Positions 1 through 8,449 are shown, counted from the stretch's first letter. The stretch: DNA of 32,000 nucleotides from Dickeya dadantii NCPPB 898 (GCF_000406145.1 NZ_CM001976.1:2531067-2563066); one strand, 5' to 3'. Notes: generated by a model not told the origin, from the letters alone. Numbers and translations are program-made.

Positions 1-604
1 GGTGGAGGCCGGTCGCGCTGGCGTCAAAGCGCTGAAGGCGCCCGACCCCGAGAAAGCGCCCCGTCCCGCGCCCGTCAGCGCCAAACCGGCAGCCGCGCCG
101 GGAGCCGGCGGACACATGAAGATCGGGCTGGCGCGTATCGACGACCGTCTGATCCACGGGCAGGTCGCCACCCGCTGGACCAAGGAAACCAACGTCAACC
201 GGATTATTGTAGTCAGTGACGAAGTGGCGGCGGACAACGTGCGAAAAACCCTGCTGACGCAGGTGGCCCCGCCCGGTGTCTCGGCCCACGTGGTCGACGT
301 CGCCAAGGCGGTCAGGGTTTACAACAACGCCAAATACGCCTCCGACCGCGTCATGTTGCTGTTCACCAACCCGACCGACGTGCTGCGGCTGGTGGAGGAT
401 GACGTCAAGATTACCTCGGTCAACATCGGCGGCATGGCCTATCGTCAGGGCAAAACCCAGGTCAATAACGCCGTTTCGATTGACGATAAGGATATCGCGG
501 CGTTCAACAAGCTCCATGAGCGCGGTATTGAACTGGAAGTCCGCAAAGTGTCGACAGATACCAAAATTAATATGATGGATTTGATCACCAAGGTGGCGCG
601 TTAA
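1..604 (+). CDS. manX: PTS mannose transporter subunit IIAB, 3' part only (gene runs off the left edge)
   Basis: The frame is open from the window edge to TAA at 602-604. An Ala/Pro-rich inter-domain linker is followed by a IIB domain (KIGLARIDDRLIHGQVATRW...). manY and manZ lie directly downstream. Confidence 0.9.
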   Translation, partial: VEAGRAGVKALKAPDPEKAPRPAPVSAKPAAAPGAGGHMKIGLARIDDRLIHGQVATRWTKETNVNRIIVVSDEVAADNVRKTLLTQVAPPGVSAHVVDVAKAVRVYNNAKYASDRVMLLFTNPTDVLRLVEDDVKITSVNIGGMAYRQGKTQVNNAVSIDDKDIAAFNKLHERGIELEVRKVSTDTKINMMDLITKVAR

Positions 605-672
605 CACGTCCGGAACAACGGACTGTGTAACGACGTTATTTTTCGGACCACTATTCTCACAGGAGAAGTACC

Positions 673-1470
673 ATGGAGATCACCACGCTTCAAATCGTGC
701 TGATATTTATCGTGGCCTGTATTTCAGGTATGGGTTCTATTCTCGACGAATTCCAGTTTCACCGGCCGCTGGTGGCTTGTACCCTGATCGGGCTGGTGCT
801 GGGCGACATGAAAACCGGGATCATTATCGGCGGTACGCTGGAAATGATCGCGTTGGGCTGGATGAACATCGGGGCCGCCGTTGCGCCTGATGCGGCGCTG
901 GCCTCCATTATTTCCACCATTCTGGTCATCGCCGGCGGGCAAAGCGTCGGCGCAGGGATTGCGCTGGCGATTCCGCTGGCGGCCGCAGGCCAGGTACTGA
1001 CCATTATTGTGCGCACCATCACCGTCGCCTTCCAGCATGCCGCCGACAGCGCGGCCGAGCGCGGCAATCTTTCCGCCATCAGTTGGATTCACGTTTCCGC
1101 TCTGCTATTGCAGGCTATGCGCATCGCCATTCCGGCGGTGATCGTCGCTATCTCGGTCGGGACTGAAGCGGTGCACGGCCTGCTCTCTTCCATCCCCGAT
1201 GTGGTCACTACCGGTCTGAACATCGCCGGCGGCATGATCGTGGTCGTCGGTTATGCCATGGTCATCAACATGATGCGGGCCGGCTATCTGATGCCGTTCT
1301 TCTATCTGGGGTTCGTTACCGCCGCCTTCACCAACTTCAATCTGGTGGCGCTGGGCGTTATCGGCGTCGTCATGGCGGTGCTGTATATCCAGCTCAGCCC
1401 CAAATACAACAAAGCTCAGGGTGTGGCGGCCGCATCGTCAAACAACGATCTTGATAACGAACTGGATTAA
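673..1470 (+). CDS. manY: PTS mannose transporter subunit IIC
   Basis: 265-aa polytopic membrane protein with SD AGGAGA 7 nt upstream. The sequence and the position between manX and manZ match ManY. Confidence 0.95.
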   Translation: MEITTLQIVLIFIVACISGMGSILDEFQFHRPLVACTLIGLVLGDMKTGIIIGGTLEMIALGWMNIGAAVAPDAALASIISTILVIAGGQSVGAGIALAIPLAAAGQVLTIIVRTITVAFQHAADSAAERGNLSAISWIHVSALLLQAMRIAIPAVIVAISVGTEAVHGLLSSIPDVVTTGLNIAGGMIVVVGYAMVINMMRAGYLMPFFYLGFVTAAFTNFNLVALGVIGVVMAVLYIQLSPKYNKAQGVAAASSNNDLDNELD

Positions 1471-1484
1471 CAGGAGAGCAAGAA

Positions 1485-2321
1485 ATGGTGGATACGACAA
1501 AGAAACTGACTCCCAGCGATATTCGCGCCGTATTTCTGCGTTCTAACCTGTTCCAGGGGTCGTGGAATTTCGAACGCATGCAGGCACTGGGGTTTTGCTT
1601 TTCCATGGTACCGGTGATCCGTCGCCTTTACCCGGAGAATTCGGAAGAGCGTAAGCAGGCCATCAAACGTCATCTGGAATTTTTCAATACCCAGCCTTTC
1701 GTCGCCGCGCCGGTATTGGGCGTGACCATGGCGATGGAAGAACAGCGCGCCAACGGCGCACCGATTGATGACGGGGCGATCAACGGCCTGAAAGTCGGGC
1801 TGATGGGGCCGCTGGCCGGCGTTGGCGACCCGATATTCTGGGGAACCGCGCGTCCGGTCTTCGCCGCGCTCGGCGCCGGTATCGCCATGAGCGGCAGCCT
1901 GCTCGGGCCGCTCCTGTTTTTCATACTGTTTAATCTGGTGCGCCTGCTGGTGCGTTATTACGGCGTCGCCTATGGCTACCGCAAAGGTGCGGATATCGTA
2001 AGCGACATGGGCGGCGGCCTCCTGCAAAAAATGACCGAAGGGGCATCGATTCTGGGGTTGTTCGTCATGGGCGCGCTGGTCAACAAGTGGACCCACGTCA
2101 ACATCCCGCTGGTGGTATCGCGCGTAACCGGGTCGGATGGGAAGACGTCCATCACCACGGTGCAATCGATCCTTGATCAGTTGATGCCCGGTCTGGTGCC
2201 GTTACTGCTGACATTTGGCTGTATGTGGCTGCTGCGGCGCAAGGTTAACGCGCTCTGGCTAATCGTCGGCTTTTTCGTTATCGGCATCATCGGTTACTGG
2301 ATCGGCCTGCTGGGGCTCTGA
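1485..2321 (+). CDS. manZ: PTS mannose transporter subunit IID
   Basis: 278 aa. The N-terminus (KKLTPSDIRAVFLRSNLFQGSWNFERMQALGF) is typical of ManZ, with SD AGGAGAG upstream. Confidence 0.95.
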   Translation: MVDTTKKLTPSDIRAVFLRSNLFQGSWNFERMQALGFCFSMVPVIRRLYPENSEERKQAIKRHLEFFNTQPFVAAPVLGVTMAMEEQRANGAPIDDGAINGLKVGLMGPLAGVGDPIFWGTARPVFAALGAGIAMSGSLLGPLLFFILFNLVRLLVRYYGVAYGYRKGADIVSDMGGGLLQKMTEGASILGLFVMGALVNKWTHVNIPLVVSRVTGSDGKTSITTVQSILDQLMPGLVPLLLTFGCMWLLRRKVNALWLIVGFFVIGIIGYWIGLLGL

Positions 2322-2328
2322 ATCTACC

Positions 2329-2353
2329 GGCCGGGGCAACCCGGCCATTTCTC
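2329..2353 (+). terminator. Candidate intrinsic terminator after manZ
   Basis: GGCCGGG (2329-2335), loop GCAA, CCCGGCC (2340-2346), followed by ATTTCT. The GC stem is good but the T tract is weak. Confidence 0.4.
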
Positions 2354-2432
2354 ATCCCGGACGATGTACGCTATTTTCATCGCCTTAGCCGTTGTTTCAC
2401 ATCCTGTATTTACGCCTCCACCGGAGTTGCTC

Positions 2433-2891
2433 ATGACCTTCACCGACGTCGTTCTGATGGTATCCATTGCCCTGTCCCTGCTGTATGCCATTTACGATGA
2501 ATTCATCATGGACCGGCGGCAAGGCCAGACCCGACTCAAGGTGCGATTACGGCGGAGGCACCGCCTGGACGCGTTGATCTTTATCGTGCTGGTGGTGATA
2601 CTCGTTTACAAGAACGTCACCACCCATGGCTCATCCCTTACCACGCTGCTGCTTTTCTCGCTAATACTGATGGCGATATATCTGACCATGATTCGCAGCC
2701 CGAAATTACTCTTCAAAGATCACGGGTTCTTTTATGCCAATACGTATATTCCTTATCACCGTATTAAAAATATGAATTTATCGGAAGACGGTATTCTGGT
2801 GATAGATCTTGAAAAAAGACGGTTACTTATTGCGGTCCAAGAATTGGACGATCTGGAAAAAATATATAATTTTATGATTGAAAATCAATAA
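2433..2891 (+). CDS. yobD: UPF0266 family inner-membrane protein YobD
   Basis: The track ORF starts at 2364, but the internal ATG at 2433 has GGAG 6 nt upstream. It gives 152 aa, the length I recall for E. coli YobD, and alignable sequence ([14 protein letters not shown]... / ...[21 protein letters not shown]). Confidence 0.8.
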   Translation: MTFTDVVLMVSIALSLLYAIYDEFIMDRRQGQTRLKVRLRRRHRLDALIFIVLVVILVYKNVTTHGSSLTTLLLFSLILMAIYLTMIRSPKLLFKDHGFFYANTYIPYHRIKNMNLSEDGILVIDLEKRRLLIAVQELDDLEKIYNFMIENQ

Positions 2892-3091
2892 ATTAAATAG
2901 ACCTTGCTTTATAAAAAAATAACGGTGTTTATTTCCGCAAAAAAGGTGATGTTATTTTAACCACATGGTTATTGATGTAATTTCCGACAATTGTGTCTAA
3001 CCCACCAAAGATGAAAATAATTATCAATTGCATTGATGGGCCATATATTATTTATTGTTGTTTAATGCGGGAATAATATGATATCGTTGCG

Positions 3092-3220
3092 CCGTCCTTG
3101 GGGAGTAGCCGATTCCTGAAGCCTCAAATTCAGGAATGCTCGTATCAACATACTCGTTCTTCACTGAACGTGGTACGGGCGGCCAGGTTGGCAGGCGAGA
3201 CCATAGACACGCGAGCCGTC
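3092..3220 (+). promoter_or_regulatory. yybP-ykoY family Mn2+ riboswitch in the mntP leader
   Basis: The conserved strands GGGGAGTAGC (3100-3109) and GGCGAGACC (3194-3202) are present. A 9-bp helix ATTCCTGAA/TTCAGGAAT (3112-3120 / 3129-3137) and a CAACATAC segment lie between them. The element sits immediately 5' of mntP, as in E. coli. Confidence 0.75.
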
Positions 3221-3278
3221 GTCTGGTTGGGGGTGGGTTGCGTGGATATGGAGAACCGCCCAGCCGAGGCTATTACAC

Positions 3279-3851
3279 ATGAATTTATCCGCTACGCTTA
3301 TTCTTGCTTTTGGCATGTCTATGGACGCGTTTGCTGCGTCTATTGGTAAAGGTGCCGCCCTGCATAATCCCCGCTTCCGCGAAGCCATCCGAACCGGTTT
3401 GATCTTCGGCCTGATTGAGGCGTTGACGCCATTAATCGGCTGGGCGCTGGGGTTTTATGCCAGCCGTTTTATTATCGCCTGGGACCACTGGGTAGCCTTT
3501 AGCCTGCTGCTGATTTTAGGCGGCCGCATGATTATGGAAGGGCTGAAAGGCGAAGACAGCTGCAACTGCGAAAAAATCTCCAAACACAGCCTGTTCGTTC
3601 TGATCTGTACGGCTGTCGCCACCAGCCTGGATGCGATGGCGATTGGCGTCGGCCTGGCTTTCCTGCAGGTAAACATCTTCCACACCGCGATGGTTATCGG
3701 CTGCGCCACCATGATTATGGTGACTCTCGGCATGATGATTGGGCGCTATGTTGGTCCGCTCCTTGGCAAACGCGCCGAGATCCTCGGCGGTATCGTGCTG
3801 ATCGGCATTGGCTGCAACATTCTCTACGAACACCTGCTCGACCTCGCCTGA
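3279..3851 (+). CDS. mntP: Manganese efflux pump MntP
   Basis: 190-aa membrane protein beginning [26 protein letters not shown], the MntP/YebN signature. A Mn riboswitch lies upstream. Confidence 0.9.
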   Translation: MNLSATLILAFGMSMDAFAASIGKGAALHNPRFREAIRTGLIFGLIEALTPLIGWALGFYASRFIIAWDHWVAFSLLLILGGRMIMEGLKGEDSCNCEKISKHSLFVLICTAVATSLDAMAIGVGLAFLQVNIFHTAMVIGCATMIMVTLGMMIGRYVGPLLGKRAEILGGIVLIGIGCNILYEHLLDLA

Positions 3852-3859
3852 TACGCACA

Positions 3860-3880
3860 GCGGGCAGTATCGCTGCCCGC
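3860..3880. terminator. Stem-loop between convergent mntP and rlmA (possible bidirectional terminator)
   Basis: GCGGGCAG (3860-3867), loop TATCG, CTGCCCGC (3873-3880). Only a modest T-rich run (CTCTTGTT) follows. Confidence 0.45.
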
Positions 3881-3887
3881 CTCTTGT

Positions 3888-4715
3888 TCACCCATCGCGG
3901 CGATGAAAACGAATCAAAAAATCGGTTTCACACTCGAACTGCGCTTCCGCCATCAGCCCTTCACTCACCTCCGGCGTGGCTCGCCAGGCGAACGGCGTCA
4001 TCTGTAGCAAACTGGCGGCATCGGCTCCGGTCATGGTCATGCGATACTGCAACCGTTCCACCGTTTCCAGCACAAACCCCGGAAATACTTCGTCTACGTC
4101 GGGGTGCGGTCGGACCTCCTGGTACACCCGCGCTTTAAGAGACAGCAGATGATTCGGCCCTGGAGAAACCGTCATCACCCCACCGCCGGGCCGAATGACT
4201 CGCGCCAGCTCGTCACCGTTGCAGGGCGCATAGATTTTCAATACCGCCGCCAGAGAACGGTCCTGAAAAGGCAGCCGCTGACTGGACGCCACACAGAACA
4301 TCACCTGGGCATAACGTTTCGCCGCACGCTGTATCGCCGCCTTGGAGACATCCAGCCCGTAAACCGCCATCCCCTGCGGCGTCAGTCTGTCCGCCAGCGC
4401 GGCCGTGTAATACCCTTCCCCGCATCCAATATCCAGCAATGCGCCCGGTTGCATCCGCAGACGGGCGGCCAGTTGCTCCGATACCCGATCCCGTAATGGC
4501 TGATAGTGTCCATTATCAAGAAACGCCCGCCTGGCCTGCATCATTTCGGCGCTGTCCCCCGGTTGTCTGGAACGTTTAAACTGTACCGGCAGCAAATTGA
4601 CGTACCCTTCCCGCGCGAGATCAAAATGATGACGTCCGCAGGACCATCGTCCAGCTTCAACATTCAGGGGTTGATGACACAGAGGGCATTGATAAGGGAC
4701 TGAAGATTTTTGCAT
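3888..4715 (-). CDS. rlmA: 23S rRNA (guanine745-N1)-methyltransferase
   Basis: Contains a zinc-ribbon CPLCHQPL...C..HHFD and then the SAM motif [10 protein letters not shown]. It aligns with E. coli RlmA/RrmA from the ATG at 4715 ([13 protein letters not shown]). The track start at 4766 overlaps the cspC terminator and is unlikely. Confidence 0.85.
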   Translation of the reverse strand: MQKSSVPYQCPLCHQPLNVEAGRWSCGRHHFDLAREGYVNLLPVQFKRSRQPGDSAEMMQARRAFLDNGHYQPLRDRVSEQLAARLRMQPGALLDIGCGEGYYTAALADRLTPQGMAVYGLDVSKAAIQRAAKRYAQVMFCVASSQRLPFQDRSLAAVLKIYAPCNGDELARVIRPGGGVMTVSPGPNHLLSLKARVYQEVRPHPDVDEVFPGFVLETVERLQYRMTMTGADAASLLQMTPFAWRATPEVSEGLMAEAQFECETDFLIRFHRRDG

Positions 4716-4751
4716 AACACTCTTGATAATTTCGCGGATAACACCAGAAAA

Positions 4752-4780
4752 GCAAAAAACCCGCACAGGGCGGGTTTTAT
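4752..4780 (-). terminator. Intrinsic terminator of yobF-cspC
   Basis: The minus strand reads AAAACCCGC-CCTGT-GCGGGTTTTTTGC. The GC stem with a U tract lies 16 nt after the cspC stop. Confidence 0.75.
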
Positions 4781-4795
4781 GGCATGAGCTGAAAA

Positions 4796-5005
4796 TTACA
4801 GCGCAACAACGTTCACTGCAGAAGGACCTTTCTGGCCATCCTGAATTTCAAACTCAACATTCTGGCCTTCGGCTAAAGTTTTAAAGCCGTTACCCTGAAT
4901 TGCAGAGAAGTGTACGAACACGTCTTTGCTGCCATCAGCCGGAGTGATGAAACCGAAGCCTTTAGACTCGTTGAACCACTTAACCTGACCTTTAATCTTT
5001 GCCAT
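4796..5005 (-). CDS. cspC: Cold-shock-domain protein CspC
   Basis: 69 aa ([61 protein letters not shown]...), near-identical to E. coli CspC as I recall it. SD AAAGGA upstream. Confidence 0.95.
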   Translation of the reverse strand: MAKIKGQVKWFNESKGFGFITPADGSKDVFVHFSAIQGNGFKTLAEGQNVEFEIQDGQKGPSAVNVVAL

Positions 5006-5043
5006 TTCAAAGTTTCCTTTAATAGTTTAAACCGCACAGAGGC

Positions 5044-5160
5044 GTTATACAGAAAAACCAGAGTCGTTACTGCTTGAGGCACTAAAATAAGGATCGGCAG
5101 AGAAGTGGTATTCAACGCTAACGTTTGTACTCAAGACTTCTTTACTGAAAATGCCATTCA
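5044..5160 (-). CDS. yobF: Small protein YobF (38 aa), below the ORF-track size cutoff
   Basis: Hand translation of the minus strand gives [38 protein letters not shown]. The first ~30 residues align with E. coli YobF ([25 protein letters not shown]...). It sits 38 nt upstream of cspC, as in the E. coli yobF-cspC operon. Confidence 0.7.
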
Positions 5161-5350
5161 TATACAGAACTGTACCTCGTTTTACCCAGATGCGTTATTA
5201 CATACTCTTTAATCGTTGGCAAGCCATTTTTTGCCACCGATGGATACGCCGCACAAATTAGAGACTTTAATGTATCATTAATATCCACTCTACAATATTC
5301 CGGGATATTGACACGCTAAAGCATTCTCTGCGGCACATCCAATCGTTTGA

Positions 5351-5518
5351 TTATGTGCACGGTATTCCAATTACGCAAGTCGTCATGATTGACTTATTGC
5401 CAGTCACCCTATGCCATAACAAAATGATATTACCCCACTGGTCACAGGATGTATCGATTGTCCAGCCACTGTTTGTCAAAAATGTGATTAATGCATTCTT
5501 TTTTTGGCTATCTGACAT
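5351..5518 (-). CDS. Hypothetical 55-aa ORF in the AT-rich spacer (speculative)
   Basis: ATG at 5518 is preceded by AAAGGA with a 7-nt spacing. Translation: MSDSQKKNALITFLTNSGWTIDTSCDQWGNIILLWHRVTGNKSIMTTCVIGIPCT*. I recognise no family. It is antisense to the track ORF 5355-5549, which has no SD. Confidence 0.2.
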   Translation of the reverse strand: MSDSQKKNALITFLTNSGWTIDTSCDQWGNIILLWHRVTGNKSIMTTCVIGIPCT

Positions 5519-6225
5519 AAGAAAATCCTTTCATGACAAAGAGATGTAATCTATCGGCTCCTGATAATGACTACCCGGTCATATAATAATAATGAAACAT
5601 AGTAAGTATACTCCTCCGTAACTTAGAACAGAGATAACATTATTTTTGCAAAAAAATGATTTGCCGATGACTTACCTTCACCCTACTCCGGTTTTATTTC
5701 TGTTTTTTAGCCACTAAAAAAATGGCTATGTCGCACTTATACGCATACGCAGCACCCTTCCCGCTTATTTCTCAATCCTTCAATTATGTTACTGGGTTAT
5801 ATTCTTTCCCCCTGAATACACACCGTTGATTCATCCGTCACGATCACATTTTATGACTAACAAAAAATTAATCTGAATCAACCGTCAGAACCGCTGTGTC
5901 AAATAACAAATACCGGTCTGGGTCAAATCCAGCATCAACGCCTGTCATTCGCACGGCTGTCGCATCCGTTTTTTTGACTTCAACCGTGACAACCCCGGCT
6001 GAGCGCGTTATTGTGTCCCTGCCGCCACCTTCCAATCACATCATACCCGGCGGACTCACACTTTTTTGAGGGAAGCCACCAGACATTACGGTTGCTGTGA
6101 CGACCGCCCGCCTTCCCCCGTTTCGGCAGCTCCGACAACGCTGCCAGCTGTGCGCCAGATTCCGTTTTTACACTGCACAAATCGCTAATGTAATGATAAT
6201 CGGCAACATCAACGGGAGGTGACCT

Positions 6226-7083
6226 ATGTGGCAGACGATTGATCAACTGCTGGAAGAACATCTCGGCCCCGGTGATATTATGGATCGGCGGGAATTACCG
6301 GGCGGCGAAGTGCACTCCGCCTGGCATCTGCGTTATGGTCAGCATGATGTCTTCGTCAAATGCGATGCCCGCGAGCTGCTGACCAAGTTTCGTGCGGAAG
6401 CCGAGCAGTTGGAACTGCTGGCTCGCAGCAAAACAGTGCAGGTCCCAACGGTGTACGGCGTCGGCAGTAACCGCGATTACAGTTTCCTGCTGCTGGAATA
6501 CCTCTCCCCCAAACCCGCTTCCGCCCATGATGCCTGGCGTCTGGGGCAACAATTGGCGCAGTTGCACCAGTGGAGCGACCAACCCCAGTTTGGCCTTGAT
6601 TTCGACAATGATCTGTCCACTACGCCGCAACCCAACACCTGGCAACGTCGCTGGTCCAGCTTTTTTGCGGAGCAACGTATTGGCTGGCAACTGCAACTGG
6701 CTGCAGAGAAAGGGCTTCATTTCGGTGATATCGATGCCTTGATCGCGCAGGTGGAAAAACGACTCTCAGGCCATCAACCCCAGCCGTCATTACTGCATGG
6801 CGATCTGTGGTCCAACAATTGCCTCAATACCGAACGCGGCTATTACCTGTTCGATGCGGCCTGTTACTGGGGCGACCGAGAATGCGATTTAGCGATGTTG
6901 CCGCTGCATACCGAATTGCCGCCGCAAATCTACGATGGCTACCAGAGCGTTTGGTCGCTGGAAAAGGATTTTGTCGAGCGCCAGCCGATTTACCAGATCT
7001 ACTACCTGCTTAACCGGGCCAACCTGTTCGGCGGCAAACACGTGGTTACCGCCCAACAGGCGATAGAAAGTCAGTTGTTATAA
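6226..7083 (+). CDS. yniA: Fructosamine/ketosamine kinase family protein YniA
   Basis: 285 aa with SD GGGAGG upstream. It carries the kinase-like motif LLHGDLWSNN and the C-terminal YQIYYLLNRANLFGG typical of YniA. Confidence 0.9.
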   Translation: MWQTIDQLLEEHLGPGDIMDRRELPGGEVHSAWHLRYGQHDVFVKCDARELLTKFRAEAEQLELLARSKTVQVPTVYGVGSNRDYSFLLLEYLSPKPASAHDAWRLGQQLAQLHQWSDQPQFGLDFDNDLSTTPQPNTWQRRWSSFFAEQRIGWQLQLAAEKGLHFGDIDALIAQVEKRLSGHQPQPSLLHGDLWSNNCLNTERGYYLFDAACYWGDRECDLAMLPLHTELPPQIYDGYQSVWSLEKDFVERQPIYQIYYLLNRANLFGGKHVVTAQQAIESQLL

Positions 7084-7100
7084 CGAGAAGCGAAGCCGAT

Positions 7101-7122
7101 GCCGGGGCAGCGTAGCCCCGGC
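7101..7122. terminator. GC-rich stem-loop between convergent yniA and yniB
   Basis: GCCGGGGC (7101-7108), loop AGCGTA, GCCCCGGC (7115-7122). There is no clear U tract on either strand. Confidence 0.4.
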
Positions 7123-7128
7123 AGCGCA

Positions 7129-7677
7129 TCAGGCCAGGATACCGACGGTTTTCAGCGTGAAATAACCGATCACGGCGACGGCGACCGGCAGGATATACAA
7201 TGGAAAAAACTGCAGCAGAATAGTATGACGGGGTAGCTCTACCCGGGATTCCAGCTCTTCACGGGTTTTGCCTTCATCGCCTTTGACCTTCTCCAGAATC
7301 AGCTGATCTTCCAACCCTTCGCGGATATGTTTGACCTGGCGGGACAGCCGGGAACCAGATACCTGCAGCGCCAGCCCGACAAACATCAACAGATAGATCA
7401 GCCAAAACATAATGGTGGATGATGCCGACAGACGACCAAAATCAGGCACCGGTGAGTTGTACCAAAAAATATTCAGAAACGGCGTATTGAAGCGCAGCAC
7501 TTCCACCACCAGATGCAAGAAATCCTGCATCACGCCATTGATCCCCTGCTTCTTCTCGGTAAAGGCATGAATAAGATTAGACAGCGAGATAATGGTCGAG
7601 AGCAAAGCCGGGAGAAAGATGACCCATCCCGCAATGCGTTTGATCACGGCAAAAAGGCCAGCCTGTCGATACGTCAT
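7129..7677 (-). CDS. yniB: Inner-membrane protein YniB
   Basis: The ATG at 7677 has AAGGGGA upstream and gives 182 aa (MTYRQAGLFAVIKRIAGWVIFLPALLS...), close to the E. coli YniB length. The longer track start at 7740 lacks an SD. Confidence 0.8.
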   Translation of the reverse strand: MTYRQAGLFAVIKRIAGWVIFLPALLSTIISLSNLIHAFTEKKQGINGVMQDFLHLVVEVLRFNTPFLNIFWYNSPVPDFGRLSASSTIMFWLIYLLMFVGLALQVSGSRLSRQVKHIREGLEDQLILEKVKGDEGKTREELESRVELPRHTILLQFFPLYILPVAVAVIGYFTLKTVGILA

Positions 7678-7886
7678 GTGTTCCCCTTGTGCGTGACGCC
7701 GCACCCAGTGCCACGGTGAGCAAGAAAAGTGTAGACCCATAAACCCGTTAGCAGGGTACTTCAGGTTTTAGCAGAGTCAACGTTTTCTTTCCCGGCGACA
7801 CAGTCCGATCGCCCATTGTCGGCGACGACCACCGCCAGACCGATAAGCGGACTATAAAGGAAAGAATTGAAAGAAAGGATTTCGAC

Positions 7887-7914
7887 AAGGTGCCGGCAGC
7901 ATCGCCGGCACCTT
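7887..7914 (-). terminator. Terminator downstream of kdgF
   Basis: 11-bp stem AAGGTGCCGGC / GCCGGCACCTT with loop AGCATC. It lies 15 nt after the kdgF stop and is followed on the minus strand by a U-rich stretch (TTGTCGAAATCCTTTCTTTC). Confidence 0.6.
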
Positions 7915-7928
7915 ATTAATAGAAGGAA

Positions 7929-8261
7929 TCAGAGGAAGTCGGCACGTTTCGGCGAGAAGGTGTCGATCAACACGCTGCCTTCTTCCAGCGATACCACACC
8001 GTGCATTTCATTCTTCACCGCCATATAGGCATCGCCGGTTTTCAGAATGCGTTTTTCGCCTTCGATCACCACTTCGAAGCTACCGGCCGCCACATAGGCG
8101 ATCTGATCGTGGATATCGTGCTTGTGCGGCGTACCGATGGCACCCTTGGCGAAATGAACGCACACCATCATCAAATCATCGCTCCAGGTGATGATTTTAC
8201 GCTTAATGCCATCGCCCAGCTCTTCCCACGGCGTTTCATCGTCAATAAAGTACCTTCTCAT
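7929..8261 (-). CDS. kdgF: Cupin-fold pectin-degradation protein KdgF
   Basis: 110 aa with the cupin motif GTPHKHDIHDQIAYV...G. SD AAGGAGA upstream. It is divergent from kduI, as in the known cluster. Confidence 0.9.
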   Translation of the reverse strand: MRRYFIDDETPWEELGDGIKRKIITWSDDLMMVCVHFAKGAIGTPHKHDIHDQIAYVAAGSFEVVIEGEKRILKTGDAYMAVKNEMHGVVSLEEGSVLIDTFSPKRADFL

Positions 8262-8331
8262 GGTTTCTCCTTAAGATCATATAACGTGCCTCCCTTGTGT
8301 GAACAAGGTAACACAAAGGGTAGATACCGAT

Positions 8332-8371
8332 ATTCTAGTAACATCGGCATTAGATGAAACATAAAATAAGC
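8332..8371 (-). promoter_or_regulatory. Candidate kdgF promoter with an overlapping KdgR-like half box
   Basis: The minus strand reads TTATGTTTCATC TAATGCCGATGTTAC TAGAAT. The -10 TAGAAT is at 8332-8337, and a GTTTCA -35 lies 17 nt upstream inside an ATGTTTCAT KdgR half-site. Confidence 0.3.
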
Positions 8372-8397
8372 AAAACCATGACGCCTCTCAAGAAATA

Positions 8398-8416
8398 AAT
8401 AAAACATTATTTCATT
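8398..8416. promoter_or_regulatory. KdgR operator in the kdgF/kduI divergent region
   Basis: AATAAAACATTATTTCATT fits every position of the KdgR box consensus AATRAAAYRNYRTTTYATT as I recall it. It abuts the candidate kduI -35. Confidence 0.6.
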
Positions 8417-8420
8417 TTTA

Positions 8421-8449
8421 TTGAATTCACATCTCAACCACACTATCAT
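8421..8449 (+). promoter_or_regulatory. Candidate kduI sigma70 promoter
   Basis: TTGAAT (8421-8426), 17-nt spacer, TATCAT (8444-8449). Confidence 0.4.

Noticed and set aside
3013-3031. Fur-box-like sequence GAAAATAATTATCAATTGC upstream of the mntP riboswitch (13 of 19 matches to GATAATGATAATCATTATC)
   Set aside because: A match of this level is easily reached by chance in a 200-bp AT-rich region. I also could not find a convincing MntR (CATAGC...GCTATG) site, so I make no call.
3098-3349. 83-aa ORF spanning the mntP leader
   Set aside because: It lies over the Mn2+ riboswitch and reads out of frame into mntP. There is no SD, and the region is better explained as structured RNA.
5571-5600. 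Mini-ORF MFHYYYMTG* (minus strand) with three consecutive Tyr codons, reminiscent of an attenuation leader peptide
   Set aside because: It lies in ATTATTATTAT-type AT-rich sequence where such codons arise trivially. The GGAGG is 12 nt away, no terminator/antiterminator follows, and no aromatic amino acid gene is downstream.
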